Of a stretch of DNA of 64,000 nucleotides, positions 30,912-40,807 are shown one piece after another. The position numbers and the translations under genes were made by a program. The DNA comes from a virus (Duplodnaviria > Caudoviricetes), in the IMG/VR virus record IMGVR_UViG_3300037454_000334, positions 42,915 through 106,914 of that record; one strand, given 5' to 3'. The stretch's first letter is position 1; each line of letters starts with the position of its first letter. The notes under the pieces are model-generated. The model was not told the origin of the DNA. It did no database searches and saw nothing but the letters and a program-made list of their open reading frames with translations.

Positions 30912-32029
30912 CTATTCACTAAACTTCAACTCCAGCTGGAGGAACTTCTCGGCGTACCATCGCTTGTATGACTTGCCGCTGATCCACCATTCAAAGATGT
31001 TCTCGGCTATCTGGTGTTCCTGCTCCTCAGTCAAGCCGTCAGACGAGGAGCTGCCCGAAAACCCGAGCCACCATTGCGGGTCTGGATGTGCGATGTACCC
31101 CCCCAGTTCCGACGGTGATGGGTCTCCAGTCGGCGCCAATACCGTACCACAGGGTTGGAATTGGTAAGACCTCTTTGAGATACCCCCCCCCCTCGTCGGA
31201 TGTTGATGATGGCCTTGATCCATCCACGCTTCACATGCGGCCAGCGGTTCATCTCCTTCAGCTTCTGACGATAGCTGCTCATAGGACAGCAGATACAGCC
31301 GATACGGGTATAGCCTTCGTCGTAGAGCGAACAGTGGGGCACGCGGCAGACGCGGTTCAGGAACTCCCACACGTCACGCTCGGTCCAGTGGATGATGGGC
31401 GAAATGAGCAGACTCTCCTTGCCGCTGATGCAGCCGACGGTGCGCTCGCCTGTGGCATTGGTGATGTTGACACCCTTGGGCGGTCGTCCCCGTCGCGGCT
31501 TGCTCAGCTTCTCCTCGCGGTACTGCTCGAAGCCTTCAAGGGTGCCGCTGAACTTACGGCTCGATATCTCCACCTCGTTGCGCTTCGCCCGTCGGGTGCT
31601 CTCCTGATGACGGATGCCTATCAGCGTCACCTTGCCCGCACCGGAATTCTCCTTATATTCGTTGCAGCACCAGCGCACCCGCTGGGTGGGTAGCAGACTT
31701 TTCTCCACTGCTATCTGGTAGATGCTCGCCTTGGGCTTGATGAGCTGCACCTCGGGGTAGTGCTGCTTCACGAATCGGATCACCTCGGGCGGGTCTACGC
31801 TCGTCAGGTTCATGTGCCCCTCGTATCGTACACCCGCCAACTGGGCAATATGCAGCAGGGCCTGAGAGTCTTTTCCTCCGCTGAAAGCAAGGTAATACCC
31901 CCCCCTACTGTCGTAAGCAAGAGCCAGACGCTCGGCTTTCTGCAGCAGACGGACGCTGTACTCCATCTTCTTCCGCAGCCCCAAACTGGCCCGTGCCAAC
32001 GCTTCGTCTAATGTCAGTTCAATATTCAT
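30912..32029 (-). pseudogene. PAPS reductase-family protein, frameshifted at a G10 tract (31183-31192)
   Basis: AFSGGKDS, RWCC, GIRxxES..R, RIGCICCP; the family-like C-terminus (IFEWWISGKSY..WY) lies in the frame of ORF 30912..31370. Confidence 0.75.
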
Positions 32030-32044
32030 TTTAATGTTTAATGT

Positions 32045-32377
32045 TTAATCTTTAATCTGCAACGGGTGATTGCTCTGCCTTGCCGACCATTCCAGATTGG
32101 TGTAGTGGTTATTCTCCCTATCCCCGTCCTTGTGAAGCACGTAGGGCAGGTTGTCGGGGTTCGGCACGAATGCCTCGGCCACAAGTCGGTGAACCTTGAA
32201 GGTCTTGCCCTGCAGGCGAACACGCCGGTAGCCCTTGCCGTTGTAGGTGGCTATCTGATGCCAGGAAGAAGGATCGCTCTTCGGATCGGTAGTGCTCCAT
32301 ACCAAGCCATCCATACCTATATAGTAATATGTTTTCCCTTTCTGATAGAAAAACAAACATTCATAACATTCTCTCAT
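32045..32377 (-). CDS. HNH endonuclease (HNH_3/NUMOD4-like)
   Basis: VHRLVAEAFVPNP...VLHKDGDRENNHYTNLEW. Confidence 0.85.
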   Translation of the reverse strand: MRECYECLFFYQKGKTYYYIGMDGLVWSTTDPKSDPSSWHQIATYNGKGYRRVRLQGKTFKVHRLVAEAFVPNPDNLPYVLHKDGDRENNHYTNLEWSARQSNHPLQIKD

Positions 32378-32389
32378 AACAATTAATTT

Positions 32390-33166
32390 TTAAAACAACG
32401 TAGGCTGTCGCCTTATCTTGTCAATGCGCTGCTGAGCAATGGCGAAGTATTCGGGGTTGGTCTCGAAACCAATAAAGTGCCTTTTCTCCATCAATGCGGC
32501 CACGGCGGTCGTACCCGAACCGATGGTAGCGTCGAGAATTACCCCCCCCGTATTGCTGTAGGTCAGCACCAGATAGCGCAGCAGGTCAACGGGCTTCTGA
32601 GTGGGATGGGACTGATCCTCATTACAATGCACGGCCTGCTTGACGATGATGGAACGTGGATGCTTCTTATCCTTATACGTCGGATTAATGCGACCAACCT
32701 TGCCATAGCAGGAATTCTTCTCCTTGTGATTGCCGTGCCCCTGAGTATGGTTCCGTTCTCGACCATTCAGCGCCTCCATCTGAGGATTATACGTGCCGAG
32801 TTTGCGATAGAAAACACAGATATCCTCGTGGTTACGTAAAGGCATTCTGTTCGCATTCAAAAAGCCCGTCGCCCTCACCTTATCCCAAATCAGATTGTAC
32901 CGCCATATTTTTGGCTGGCTCATCATCAGTTTCGCCGTGAACATACCAGAACCAAAGAGTACAATGGGTGCATCAGGCTTGGTCACTCTCAGGAACTGCT
33001 CCCACATCGGCTCCAGCGGGATGATGCTGTCCCACTGCCCGCCCTCGCTCTGTTCGTTCAGCACGCCGTAGGGCAGGTCGGTGATGATAGCATCCACCAT
33101 CCCGTCGGGTATGCGCTGCATCCCCACCAGGCAGTCTTCATTGTATATCTTGTCGAGTTCAATCAT
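32390..33166 (-). CDS. DNA methyltransferase (N6-A/N4-C, beta class)
   Basis: DLPY catalytic motif, HPTQKP, ILDATIGSGTT SAM motif. Confidence 0.9.
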   Translation of the reverse strand: MIELDKIYNEDCLVGMQRIPDGMVDAIITDLPYGVLNEQSEGGQWDSIIPLEPMWEQFLRVTKPDAPIVLFGSGMFTAKLMMSQPKIWRYNLIWDKVRATGFLNANRMPLRNHEDICVFYRKLGTYNPQMEALNGRERNHTQGHGNHKEKNSCYGKVGRINPTYKDKKHPRSIIVKQAVHCNEDQSHPTQKPVDLLRYLVLTYSNTGGVILDATIGSGTTAVAALMEKRHFIGFETNPEYFAIAQQRIDKIRRQPTLF

Positions 33167-33531
33167 TTTTCAATCCCTAAGATGTCGTGATAAAAGTCCA
33201 GGGCCTTGCGGGTGGCGATGGATGCCTGGTGCTGTTCGTGTCGACGCTGGGCCTCAATTTGATACAGGCGATGGCGCTCACGTTTTTCAGCCTTTGCTTC
33301 GCGTCGTGCCTTCTCGTTCATATAGATGGTATTGCGCAGGTCGTTGTCGTCGATGATCTCGTTCAGCAGCTTCGTATTGTGCTTCATGAGATAGTCCTTG
33401 ATGACGTTCTGTGCCAGCCAGCTTTGATGCTCCATCAGGGCTTTAAGCAGCTGTTCGCCATCCACACGTAGAATGTGGCGATTCTGGTCGTCCATACCAA
33501 CCACGTCGTTTATCTTCAAGTGTAACTCCAT
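33163..33531 (-). CDS. hypothetical protein
   Basis: 122-aa ORF, coupled to the MTase gene. Confidence 0.6.
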   Translation of the reverse strand: MELHLKINDVVGMDDQNRHILRVDGEQLLKALMEHQSWLAQNVIKDYLMKHNTKLLNEIIDDNDLRNTIYMNEKARREAKAEKRERHRLYQIEAQRRHEQHQASIATRKALDFYHDILGIEK

Positions 33532-33534
33532 AGT

Positions 33535-33867
33535 TTACCCCCCCATGTCGTCGGTCTTGAAGTCGCGCAGTCTCTCGCCGGTCACTCCGGCCTGTTCCTT
33601 AATCTCATTCATCAGTTCGGCAATCTTTGCGCCTCTTACAATGCGGCTCGTGGTGTCTTTATACGTCTTGGACAGAGCCTTACGCACCTCATTGGCCTCG
33701 AATTCGTCACCGATGGTGATACAGTCGGCCAGACGGCTACGCAGTGTCGGCATCCGTTTACGTTGGTTCCAACTTGCCTTCTGACCGATGCGGTCTTTCA
33801 GCACGCCAAGAGCGGTGACTACGGTCAGCACCTGCTCGTCAGTTAATGTGATAGTTATTCCTTGCAT
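33535..33867 (-). CDS. hypothetical protein
   Basis: 110-aa ORF in operon. Confidence 0.55.
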   Translation of the reverse strand: MQGITITLTDEQVLTVVTALGVLKDRIGQKASWNQRKRMPTLRSRLADCITIGDEFEANEVRKALSKTYKDTTSRIVRGAKIAELMNEIKEQAGVTGERLRDFKTDDMGG

Positions 33868-33897
33868 ATTTTCTCAGTCTATAAGTTGATGATGTCT

Positions 33898-34557
33898 CTA
33901 AAAATCCAGTTGCAGCTGATGGATGGTATGGCCTTGGGGTGTGCGGGTGATGTTCAGGCACTCACGGTCGAAACGCTCGCAGCCGTCAGCGTAGTAGTCG
34001 GGGTCAATCTCGCATCCCACGTAGTCGTAGCCCAGCTTGTAAGCAGCGATGCGCGATGACTGGCTTCCCATCATCGGGTCGAAGATTACCCCCCCCGCAG
34101 GGGCGAACTGCTGCAACAGGAAGGCATACAGTTCAACGGGTTTCTGCGTGGGGTGTATCTTGTCACCGGTGCGGTTGTCGAAGCGGAACATCTTCGACGG
34201 ACTGCTGAACGACGTCCAGGCATATTCGGCCTGTGAGAAGTTCGGCCAGGGCTGCATCTTATCCCAACAGACGAAGCAGCGCGTCGGAGGCAGCAGGAAG
34301 TAGTTGCCACCCCAGATGACCTGGTTCTCACTGACACGACGCAGCTCGTCGAAGAACGCCTGTGCGGGGGCCGTATCCCAACGGTCTATCTTGCCGTTGT
34401 TGAACACCCTGCCCCGCAGCTTGCCAGCACCACCCGTGGCACCCCCTGCGTCACGAATGCCGTAGGGCGGGTCGGCGATGGCAAGCGCAAAGGCGTTGTC
34501 GGGCAACGAGCGCATCAGCTCCATGCAGTCCATGTTATATGTCTCGCTCCTTGCCAT
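33898..34557 (-). CDS. DNA methyltransferase (N6-A/N4-C)
   Basis: DPPY, WGGNYF, HPTQKP, IFDPMMGSQSS. Confidence 0.9.
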   Translation of the reverse strand: MARSETYNMDCMELMRSLPDNAFALAIADPPYGIRDAGGATGGAGKLRGRVFNNGKIDRWDTAPAQAFFDELRRVSENQVIWGGNYFLLPPTRCFVCWDKMQPWPNFSQAEYAWTSFSSPSKMFRFDNRTGDKIHPTQKPVELYAFLLQQFAPAGGVIFDPMMGSQSSRIAAYKLGYDYVGCEIDPDYYADGCERFDRECLNITRTPQGHTIHQLQLDF

Positions 34558-34560
34558 ATA

Positions 34561-35844
34561 TTACTCATTTACCAGCATCGGCATGGCCAGCAGGGTGAGG
34601 GTCGACTTGACGTCCTCCTCCTTGATGAGTGCGGCATGTGACGGGTCGCCAAGCAACAGGTGGAGGTTCTCGGTGGCGACACAGCCGAGCAGACCGGCGA
34701 TGGTCGACATCTTGAAGCCGTAGATCTCACCCTCGGGCAACGTGGTATCTCCGGCATTCTGGATAGAAACGCGCTCGTTGCCGCTACGCGAGAAGTCGTA
34801 GTCGGCAGCGTCAATCCTGAGTTCACTGCCCTGACGCACCATCGTGATCATGCCCGATGACTCACTGGCGAAGAGACCGACACGCTTGATGGCACCAGCC
34901 AGCGCACCGACGTTCATCGTGACAATCTTCTCGTTCTTCTTGGGGATGACACTCTCGTAGTTGGGATAGTTACCCTCCATCAACCGGCTGACGAGCACCA
35001 CACCCTCGCGGCGCCACTCGATGCGCTGGGTGTCGGCGGTGACGTTCACCTGGTCGGCATCGGCGAAGATGTCGCAGATGGTAGGCAGCACGGCCTTCGG
35101 AACAATGAGCTTCGCAGAACCGTCGACGGGGAAGCTATGGTAGCCGAGCCATCCTGCACCCATATCGAACTGACGACGATAGAGCGTATGACCGTCGGAG
35201 GCGACGAGCACCATACGGTCGAGCCATACGTCGAGACACTCGGTATTCATCACCGGACGCAATTCGTCGTTGGCACAGCAGATGCGGGCCTGCTTGATAT
35301 AGGGCATCAGCTGAGGACCACGAACGGTGAAGCTGCAGACGGGCGTAGCGGCAGACATGCCCTGCTCGCCGGACTGTACGCCCTCCATCGTGACGACCTT
35401 CGCCATCGGCGGGAACTCAAGTGCCGCGTCGCAGGGGAAGGTGAACTCACCGATGCCGTAGTCGACACGCATCTGAATCTGCTCGCCACTCGTCTCGAAC
35501 GACACACGGAGCATGTAGCCACCACGGGGCACGGCACTGATAGCCTCCTTCAAACGACGGAAGGGGATGCAGACGGCAGTGAAGCGGTCCTTGCTGTCGT
35601 CCTCATGGATCTGCGCCCAGGGCTGCATGGTCGTCTCATCGTCGACAGTCACGGGGTGGATGCAGTCCATCTTCAGCCACGACTCGGTGTCACTGCCCAT
35701 GAGCCACACCATGTCGCGGTCGTTTTCGTAGCCAATCATGATGTCCTGGATGATCGGCAGTGCCGACTTGCTGGGGATGATGTTTGAAAACTGTCCGAGC
35801 GCCTTCTGGAAGGCCGCCGGCTCAAAAGTAAACATTGCTTTCAT
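34561..35844 (-). CDS. dnaN: DNA polymerase III beta clamp homolog
   Basis: PSKSALPII, ELRPVMN, VASDGHTL, GNYPNYESVIP, LLAMPM. Confidence 0.88.
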   Translation of the reverse strand: MKAMFTFEPAAFQKALGQFSNIIPSKSALPIIQDIMIGYENDRDMVWLMGSDTESWLKMDCIHPVTVDDETTMQPWAQIHEDDSKDRFTAVCIPFRRLKEAISAVPRGGYMLRVSFETSGEQIQMRVDYGIGEFTFPCDAALEFPPMAKVVTMEGVQSGEQGMSAATPVCSFTVRGPQLMPYIKQARICCANDELRPVMNTECLDVWLDRMVLVASDGHTLYRRQFDMGAGWLGYHSFPVDGSAKLIVPKAVLPTICDIFADADQVNVTADTQRIEWRREGVVLVSRLMEGNYPNYESVIPKKNEKIVTMNVGALAGAIKRVGLFASESSGMITMVRQGSELRIDAADYDFSRSGNERVSIQNAGDTTLPEGEIYGFKMSTIAGLLGCVATENLHLLLGDPSHAALIKEEDVKSTLTLLAMPMLVNE

Positions 35845-36087
35845 AATTCTGATGGTTTTAAAAATAAACTCTTGTTATTTTGTCCTTATGTCTAAAATTA
35901 TTTGTTTCTTTTGTCTAAATCTCTCATCTGTGGATGGTCGAGGGCGACGCGCTCGAACTTCTTACCCTCGACACAGTGGCTGATGACCGAGGGTGACGAG
36001 CGCTTCTCGGCAGGAGCCACGAGGAAACGAGCGTTGTGCAGGCACTGGCCTCGGTTGGGACAGTGTATGCCCCGGCAAAGGATCTTC

Positions 36088-36291
36088 TTACTGCTCATGA
36101 TGCACCTCCTCTCTAAGAATATATTCGGGGTACTTCGTCTCCAAATGCTCCTTCACCTGGTAGAACCAGCGGCGGGGGAGCAACGGCGAGGCGACAATCA
36201 TCTGATAGAAGTCGGCCATCGCCTCGGCAGGCATCCGCATCAGGAAGTCGCCCTCCGGCGTGCGGTCTATGAAAATCTTGTCGTTTGCCAT
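36088..36291 (-). CDS. hypothetical protein
   Basis: 67-aa ORF in operon. Confidence 0.5.
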   Translation of the reverse strand: MANDKIFIDRTPEGDFLMRMPAEAMADFYQMIVASPLLPRRWFYQVKEHLETKYPEYILREEVHHEQ

Positions 36292-36297
36292 AAGCCC

Positions 36298-36501
36298 CTA
36301 ATCCTCTAAGTCCATGACACTCTGACGCAGGCCCTCGTCGCCGTCCTTCAGGGGAATACCCTTCGCCTTGAGCGCCTGGCGCACGTCGTCCTTCGTACAG
36401 CCGCAGAGCTTCATAATGTTACACACCTGCCACCCGTTCACCCAGCAACGCAGGATGCGAGATCTCAAATCACTCGAAATTTTTGGTTTTGAATACTGCA
36501 T
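36298..36501 (-). CDS. small HTH-like protein
   Basis: GWQVCNIMKLCGCTKDDVRQAL helix-turn-helix pattern. Confidence 0.5.
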   Translation of the reverse strand: MQYSKPKISSDLRSRILRCWVNGWQVCNIMKLCGCTKDDVRQALKAKGIPLKDGDEGLRQSVMDLED

Positions 36502-36549
36502 AATCTCTAATTTTGAATTTGTTAAACTTATGTTCTTTTGTTCTTTTGT

Positions 36550-37317
36550 CTAAATCATCATCCGCAAATCATCGCCCTCGAAGTAGACGCGGACCGTGTT
36601 GCCCACAAGGCGGCTGAATGTGCGCTGGTCGTAGCGGGCGGGAAGTATCTGTCCGTAGGTCGGACTGTCAGGGTCGTCATCCCTACCGCCAAAGAGCTGT
36701 ATCTGTGTCAGGTTCGTCGAGCATATCAGCAGCTTGTCGCGGTCGTTACAGAGGTCTACGAGCTCGGCGAAGTAGTTGTGCGTCTCACCCCAGACCTTCG
36801 CAATCGGCTCGGTGCCCACATCGTCGACACATACTATCTTACAGCGCTCTATCTCCGACCAGCGGCTCTTCAGCTCCTTCGCCAGGAAGTAGTTGTAGAC
36901 GGGATGGCCCATATTGCCGTCACGGAAGCGAACGTTGATGACCTCCTTGAACAGCACCGAGAGGACGTCACGGGTGATGATGGTCTTACCGCGCCCGCAG
37001 TCGCCGATACACATCAGACCCTTGCCCTGATTGTTAGAGAGCCAGTCGACGACACCCTCGTACTCCGGCAGCCACTGGGCCTGCGGACCGATGGCGTAAG
37101 CCAGGCCACGCGCCAGCAGCTCGTCGGCGTTAGGCAGCGTCCAGCGGATCTTCGTATCACCCTTGAAGGTACCGTCGTGCTGGTACTTGCGGATGACGTC
37201 GGCCATCAGACGGGTGCGGTCACGCTTCGCCTTCTGGGCCTCTGTCTCGGCACGCTTGCGCTCGTTCTCCTCGGCGGCCTCACGCAACAGCCTCTCCTGC
37301 TCGGGTGATAAATCCAT
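36550..37317 (-). CDS. P-loop ATPase, DnaC/IstB-like helicase loader
   Basis: Walker A GDCGRGKT, Walker B VCVDDVG, STNL, GDDLR. Confidence 0.85.
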   Translation of the reverse strand: MDLSPEQERLLREAAEENERKRAETEAQKAKRDRTRLMADVIRKYQHDGTFKGDTKIRWTLPNADELLARGLAYAIGPQAQWLPEYEGVVDWLSNNQGKGLMCIGDCGRGKTIITRDVLSVLFKEVINVRFRDGNMGHPVYNYFLAKELKSRWSEIERCKIVCVDDVGTEPIAKVWGETHNYFAELVDLCNDRDKLLICSTNLTQIQLFGGRDDDPDSPTYGQILPARYDQRTFSRLVGNTVRVYFEGDDLRMMI

Positions 37318-37341
37318 ATCCTATATACGTGTATACGTGTA

Positions 37342-38493
37342 TTACCACTTATTCTTATACTTACCCTTCGACGGCTTCGTGGCGGGTGTCGGGTCGCCTG
37401 GCTTCGGACTGGTAAGGGGAGTGACAGTCTGTCCCCCACCCTGACGCTGCGCCACGGGACGGTCGCCATGTTCCTTACGGTAGGTCTCAAACGTCCTGAG
37501 CCTCGCCCGCCAGTCGCGGATGGGCTTGCCGTCCTTCAGTGTCCACCCTGACTGCTCGCAAGCGTCAAGGAATCCCTCCGCCGTGACATACACGAACGGC
37601 TTGCCCTGCTGTGCCCGTTCGTCCATATAGGCCTGAATGTCCTCCAGTGTGGGTGGATTATCGGCAACAGAATTCTTCTTTTTGCCGTTTTTGGGCTCGC
37701 TGACGGGTTTTTGTGCGTCAGGTGTGGAATTTATCGTCTCTGGAGATTTCTCACGCTTAGAGGGGTCTTTTCCGCCCGCAGGGTTATTTCCATCCGTTTT
37801 TTCATTTTTGCACGGCTTTTGCATCTGATTCGCATCCGGCGCGTCGCCCCCTACAACCCCTTTATTACCCTTATCCATATTATTATTACTCATATTCTCA
37901 ACGCTCAAAGTGCGCGTAGCGTGCGCGTGAGAAACATGTACTTTTCTATGCACTTTTTCCGTACCTTTTTCGGTACTTTTTTCTGCACCATTATTTGCAC
38001 CTTTATTTTCATTAAAATCATCGTCGCCTCTAAGGGCCATCGAGCCGCTTGCGGGATCGTCGAGAATGGTACCAACTGGGTCTCCGTCGTTATCAATGTC
38101 AGGCAACTCAAAACCATTATCTTTATACATGCGCGGCTGTACCAGCATGTCACCTTCAACCGTTATGATTCCATAGCGGTAGAGTTCCTGCAGACCACCC
38201 AGAATAGTAGCCGTCTTCCAAGGCAAATCGTTCTTCGACAGCATCTTCGCAAAATACTGCAAACGTGCCTGTTTATCGGGTGTTGCGAGGCATTGTTGGG
38301 TGCAACTTCGCTTCCATGTCGGGTGCGGATCCCAGTCGCGCAGACGGTAGGCACCAGGCATCGGCGGTTCGTTCAGTCGGCACAGCAGGAACAGGTAGAC
38401 TCCAGCTGCCGATTCGGAGAGCGCTCGGCACCTCGGCGATGAGAGAATATCACGGGTGAACAGCTGGATGTAGGGGTTACGTTTTCGTCCCAT
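37342..38493 (-). CDS. phage replication initiator (O-like)
   Basis: N-terminal winged-helix-like LSESAAGVYLFLL; C-terminal PPTLEDI...GW...DWRARLRTFE; upstream of the loader. Confidence 0.75.
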   Translation of the reverse strand: MGRKRNPYIQLFTRDILSSPRCRALSESAAGVYLFLLCRLNEPPMPGAYRLRDWDPHPTWKRSCTQQCLATPDKQARLQYFAKMLSKNDLPWKTATILGGLQELYRYGIITVEGDMLVQPRMYKDNGFELPDIDNDGDPVGTILDDPASGSMALRGDDDFNENKGANNGAEKSTEKGTEKVHRKVHVSHAHATRTLSVENMSNNNMDKGNKGVVGGDAPDANQMQKPCKNEKTDGNNPAGGKDPSKREKSPETINSTPDAQKPVSEPKNGKKKNSVADNPPTLEDIQAYMDERAQQGKPFVYVTAEGFLDACEQSGWTLKDGKPIRDWRARLRTFETYRKEHGDRPVAQRQGGGQTVTPLTSPKPGDPTPATKPSKGKYKNKW

Positions 38494-38580
38494 AATCTAT
38501 ATCGTTTTAATCGTTTTCAGTCTTACGGAAGTGTGTCAAATCCCGTGCAGAATCCTGTGCAAAAATCGCGATAGGTTCGC

Positions 38581-38640
38581 ACATAGTTTGATACATAACT
38601 ACGCACATAGTCTGATATATAGTTTGATACATAGTTTGCA
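38581..38640. repeat. 12-bp direct repeats (ACATAGTTTGAT-like)
   Basis: Four near-identical units immediately upstream of the initiator gene. Confidence 0.7.
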
Positions 38641-38778
38641 TCAAACTACATGCTTCACTACGCATCGTTTTCAGCGCAAAACTTGTGCATTTTACCGTGC
38701 AGTTTTGCGGATAACATGCAAAATCAGGGTAATTACAACCGTTATTATATATATAAAGGTGTACCATAAATACAGTGT

Positions 38779-39966
38779 TTATATCCGGTTCTTCTTCTTG
38801 TTCAGCTCGATCTTCTTCTTGTCGTCGTCGCTGATATGCTCAAGAAACGAGTGCTCGAACTGCAGGCCGTAGGCAGGCTTCGACATACCCTTCTTGATGA
38901 AGCGCGTATGCTGGCGTCGCATGGACTCCCGAAGCCTCGGGTCGATGATGACCGGGAAATTGTACTGCACGAAGAAGCGCTCGACACTCTCGTTCTGCTT
39001 ACGCTTGAAACCCTGTGAACGGGCGATGCGCTGGTCCTGATAGAACCACTGGGTATACTCATAGCAGAAGCGGTCGGTCAGCATGGCGGCGAACTTATAC
39101 GCCGCGTCGTGCGACATCGAGTAGCAGGCGTTCGTGCGGTAGGTACGCTTGCCTATCCACACCTCACGCGGCATCTCGATGCAGATATAGTCGGAGGCGT
39201 TGTGGCGGTCCGACTTCTTCACACCCGTCAGCGTGGCGGTCTCGCTGCTGTCAGGCCACTTGGTCTGGTCACGGTTCATGATGAGCATACTCCCGTCGGG
39301 GCACTTGCCCTTCAGGATGTTGTTCCACGCATGCTGCGAGTAGCACATACAAGTCTGGTTCTGCTCGGGGATGTTACGCAGCGTGTTGATCATCATCTGG
39401 TATTCATGGTCGAAGTCGGCGAACTTCACCGGCTCCCACTCCGTCAGCTGATGCTCCTCATCCCTGCCGCGCAGCCAGCAGGCCACGTACCAGGGTATCT
39501 TCAGATAGATATTTGCCATAGGTTCTTGGTTTTCTTCTTCTCTTTTCTCTATATCGTTCAATGCCAGATGCCGCTCGTGACCCGTCAGGTTCAGGATATC
39601 GTCGACAGTGTAGCGCTCGATGCGGCTGACGTGGACATGCTGGCGAAGCCACCGCTCGATGACCAGCGCCAGCGAGTCGGCCGACGCCATCCTGGTGTCA
39701 TAACCCTTGAAGACACAGCCGATGCGGTCCCACACCACACCCAGCCTGTAACGCGGCGGGTGCTGTTCAGTCAGATAGAAGTCACTCATCACGCCTGCCT
39801 TCGACAGATAGGTGAACAGCTGCTCCAGGAGCTCCGGGTCAGCCCCTGCGAAGATGATGGTCATCTCACCGACATCCTCCTGCCAGTCCTCCGCGAAGGC
39901 GATGTTGCGTGCAGGGTGAGCCGGAAAGTCTCCCTTGTGTCTTGTGTGATGCAGATACGGCATCAA
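38779..39966 (-). CDS. hypothetical protein
   Basis: 395-aa ORF with phage codon bias. Confidence 0.7.
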   Translation of the reverse strand: MMPYLHHTRHKGDFPAHPARNIAFAEDWQEDVGEMTIIFAGADPELLEQLFTYLSKAGVMSDFYLTEQHPPRYRLGVVWDRIGCVFKGYDTRMASADSLALVIERWLRQHVHVSRIERYTVDDILNLTGHERHLALNDIEKREEENQEPMANIYLKIPWYVACWLRGRDEEHQLTEWEPVKFADFDHEYQMMINTLRNIPEQNQTCMCYSQHAWNNILKGKCPDGSMLIMNRDQTKWPDSSETATLTGVKKSDRHNASDYICIEMPREVWIGKRTYRTNACYSMSHDAAYKFAAMLTDRFCYEYTQWFYQDQRIARSQGFKRKQNESVERFFVQYNFPVIIDPRLRESMRRQHTRFIKKGMSKPAYGLQFEHSFLEHISDDDKKKIELNKKKNRI

Positions 39967-40136
39967 TCGTTGATTCTGATGTTCGCTAAAGGTCCCGTCT
40001 GTCTACCACTCGAAACCGAATGGCCGCCAGCCGACGGGCTCTGGCACTTCTCCCCTGAGAGGCTTCAGCTCCCCGACGTCCATGTCCGGCATATCCGTCT
40101 TGGAGAACTCAATCTTGAAAGGCTCCTCGTCGACTA

Positions 40137-40694
40137 TCATCCCTGACGGTTGTCAGTGAAATACTCGACGACACTCTGTATGCCGGCACTCTCCCACTCC
40201 TTCCAGTCGTCGACCGAGAAGCGCTTCGAAACCGTGACATACGACTTCATACCACGGTCGGCCATGAACGCGCCGAACCGCTGGCGGTAGGCTATCTCAC
40301 CGAGGAACCGCCAGAAGTCGCCTGGCTCATTCAGGTTGAACGAGTGCTCCTCGAACGACTGACCCTCGGCAGGCTTGGGCGGTATGCGGTAGAAATGGCG
40401 GAACACAGGAATGGCACCCTCGCTGTCGATTACCTTCTCACCCGTCTGCCGAACCTCGATGAAGATCTTCTCCTCGGTCAGCAGCCAGTTGATGAAGGCA
40501 ATCTTCAGGGCCGAGATACCGTCAATCTCCCACTGAACGAACCCGTCCTGGAAGAAACGCTTGTAAGCGAAGTTCTCGCTGGAACCGAACTTCTGCATCA
40601 CCTGGTAGAGCTCCTTCTTCTCGTCGGCAGACATGTCTGAAACCGCCAGAATCCCCTGTGGAATTAAGATTTTCTTAAATATTTCCTTTGTCAT
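40137..40694 (-). CDS. hypothetical protein (first gene of leftward operon)
   Basis: Likely start MTKEIF; divergent from 40808. Confidence 0.65.
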   Translation of the reverse strand: MTKEIFKKILIPQGILAVSDMSADEKKELYQVMQKFGSSENFAYKRFFQDGFVQWEIDGISALKIAFINWLLTEEKIFIEVRQTGEKVIDSEGAIPVFRHFYRIPPKPAEGQSFEEHSFNLNEPGDFWRFLGEIAYRQRFGAFMADRGMKSYVTVSKRFSVDDWKEWESAGIQSVVEYFTDNRQG

Positions 40695-40807
40695 CTCACA
40701 TATAATTTGTAAATTTGGGGGCAAAAATAAGAAATTTATTTCTAATTTGTATCATTACGATAATATCATTTTGATAATTTATATGTTTTTAAGATTTACG
40801 TGTATTT

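Noticed and set aside
38507-38767. 86-aa ORF with QTMY repeats
   Set aside because: Better explained as a translation of the 12-bp DNA repeats
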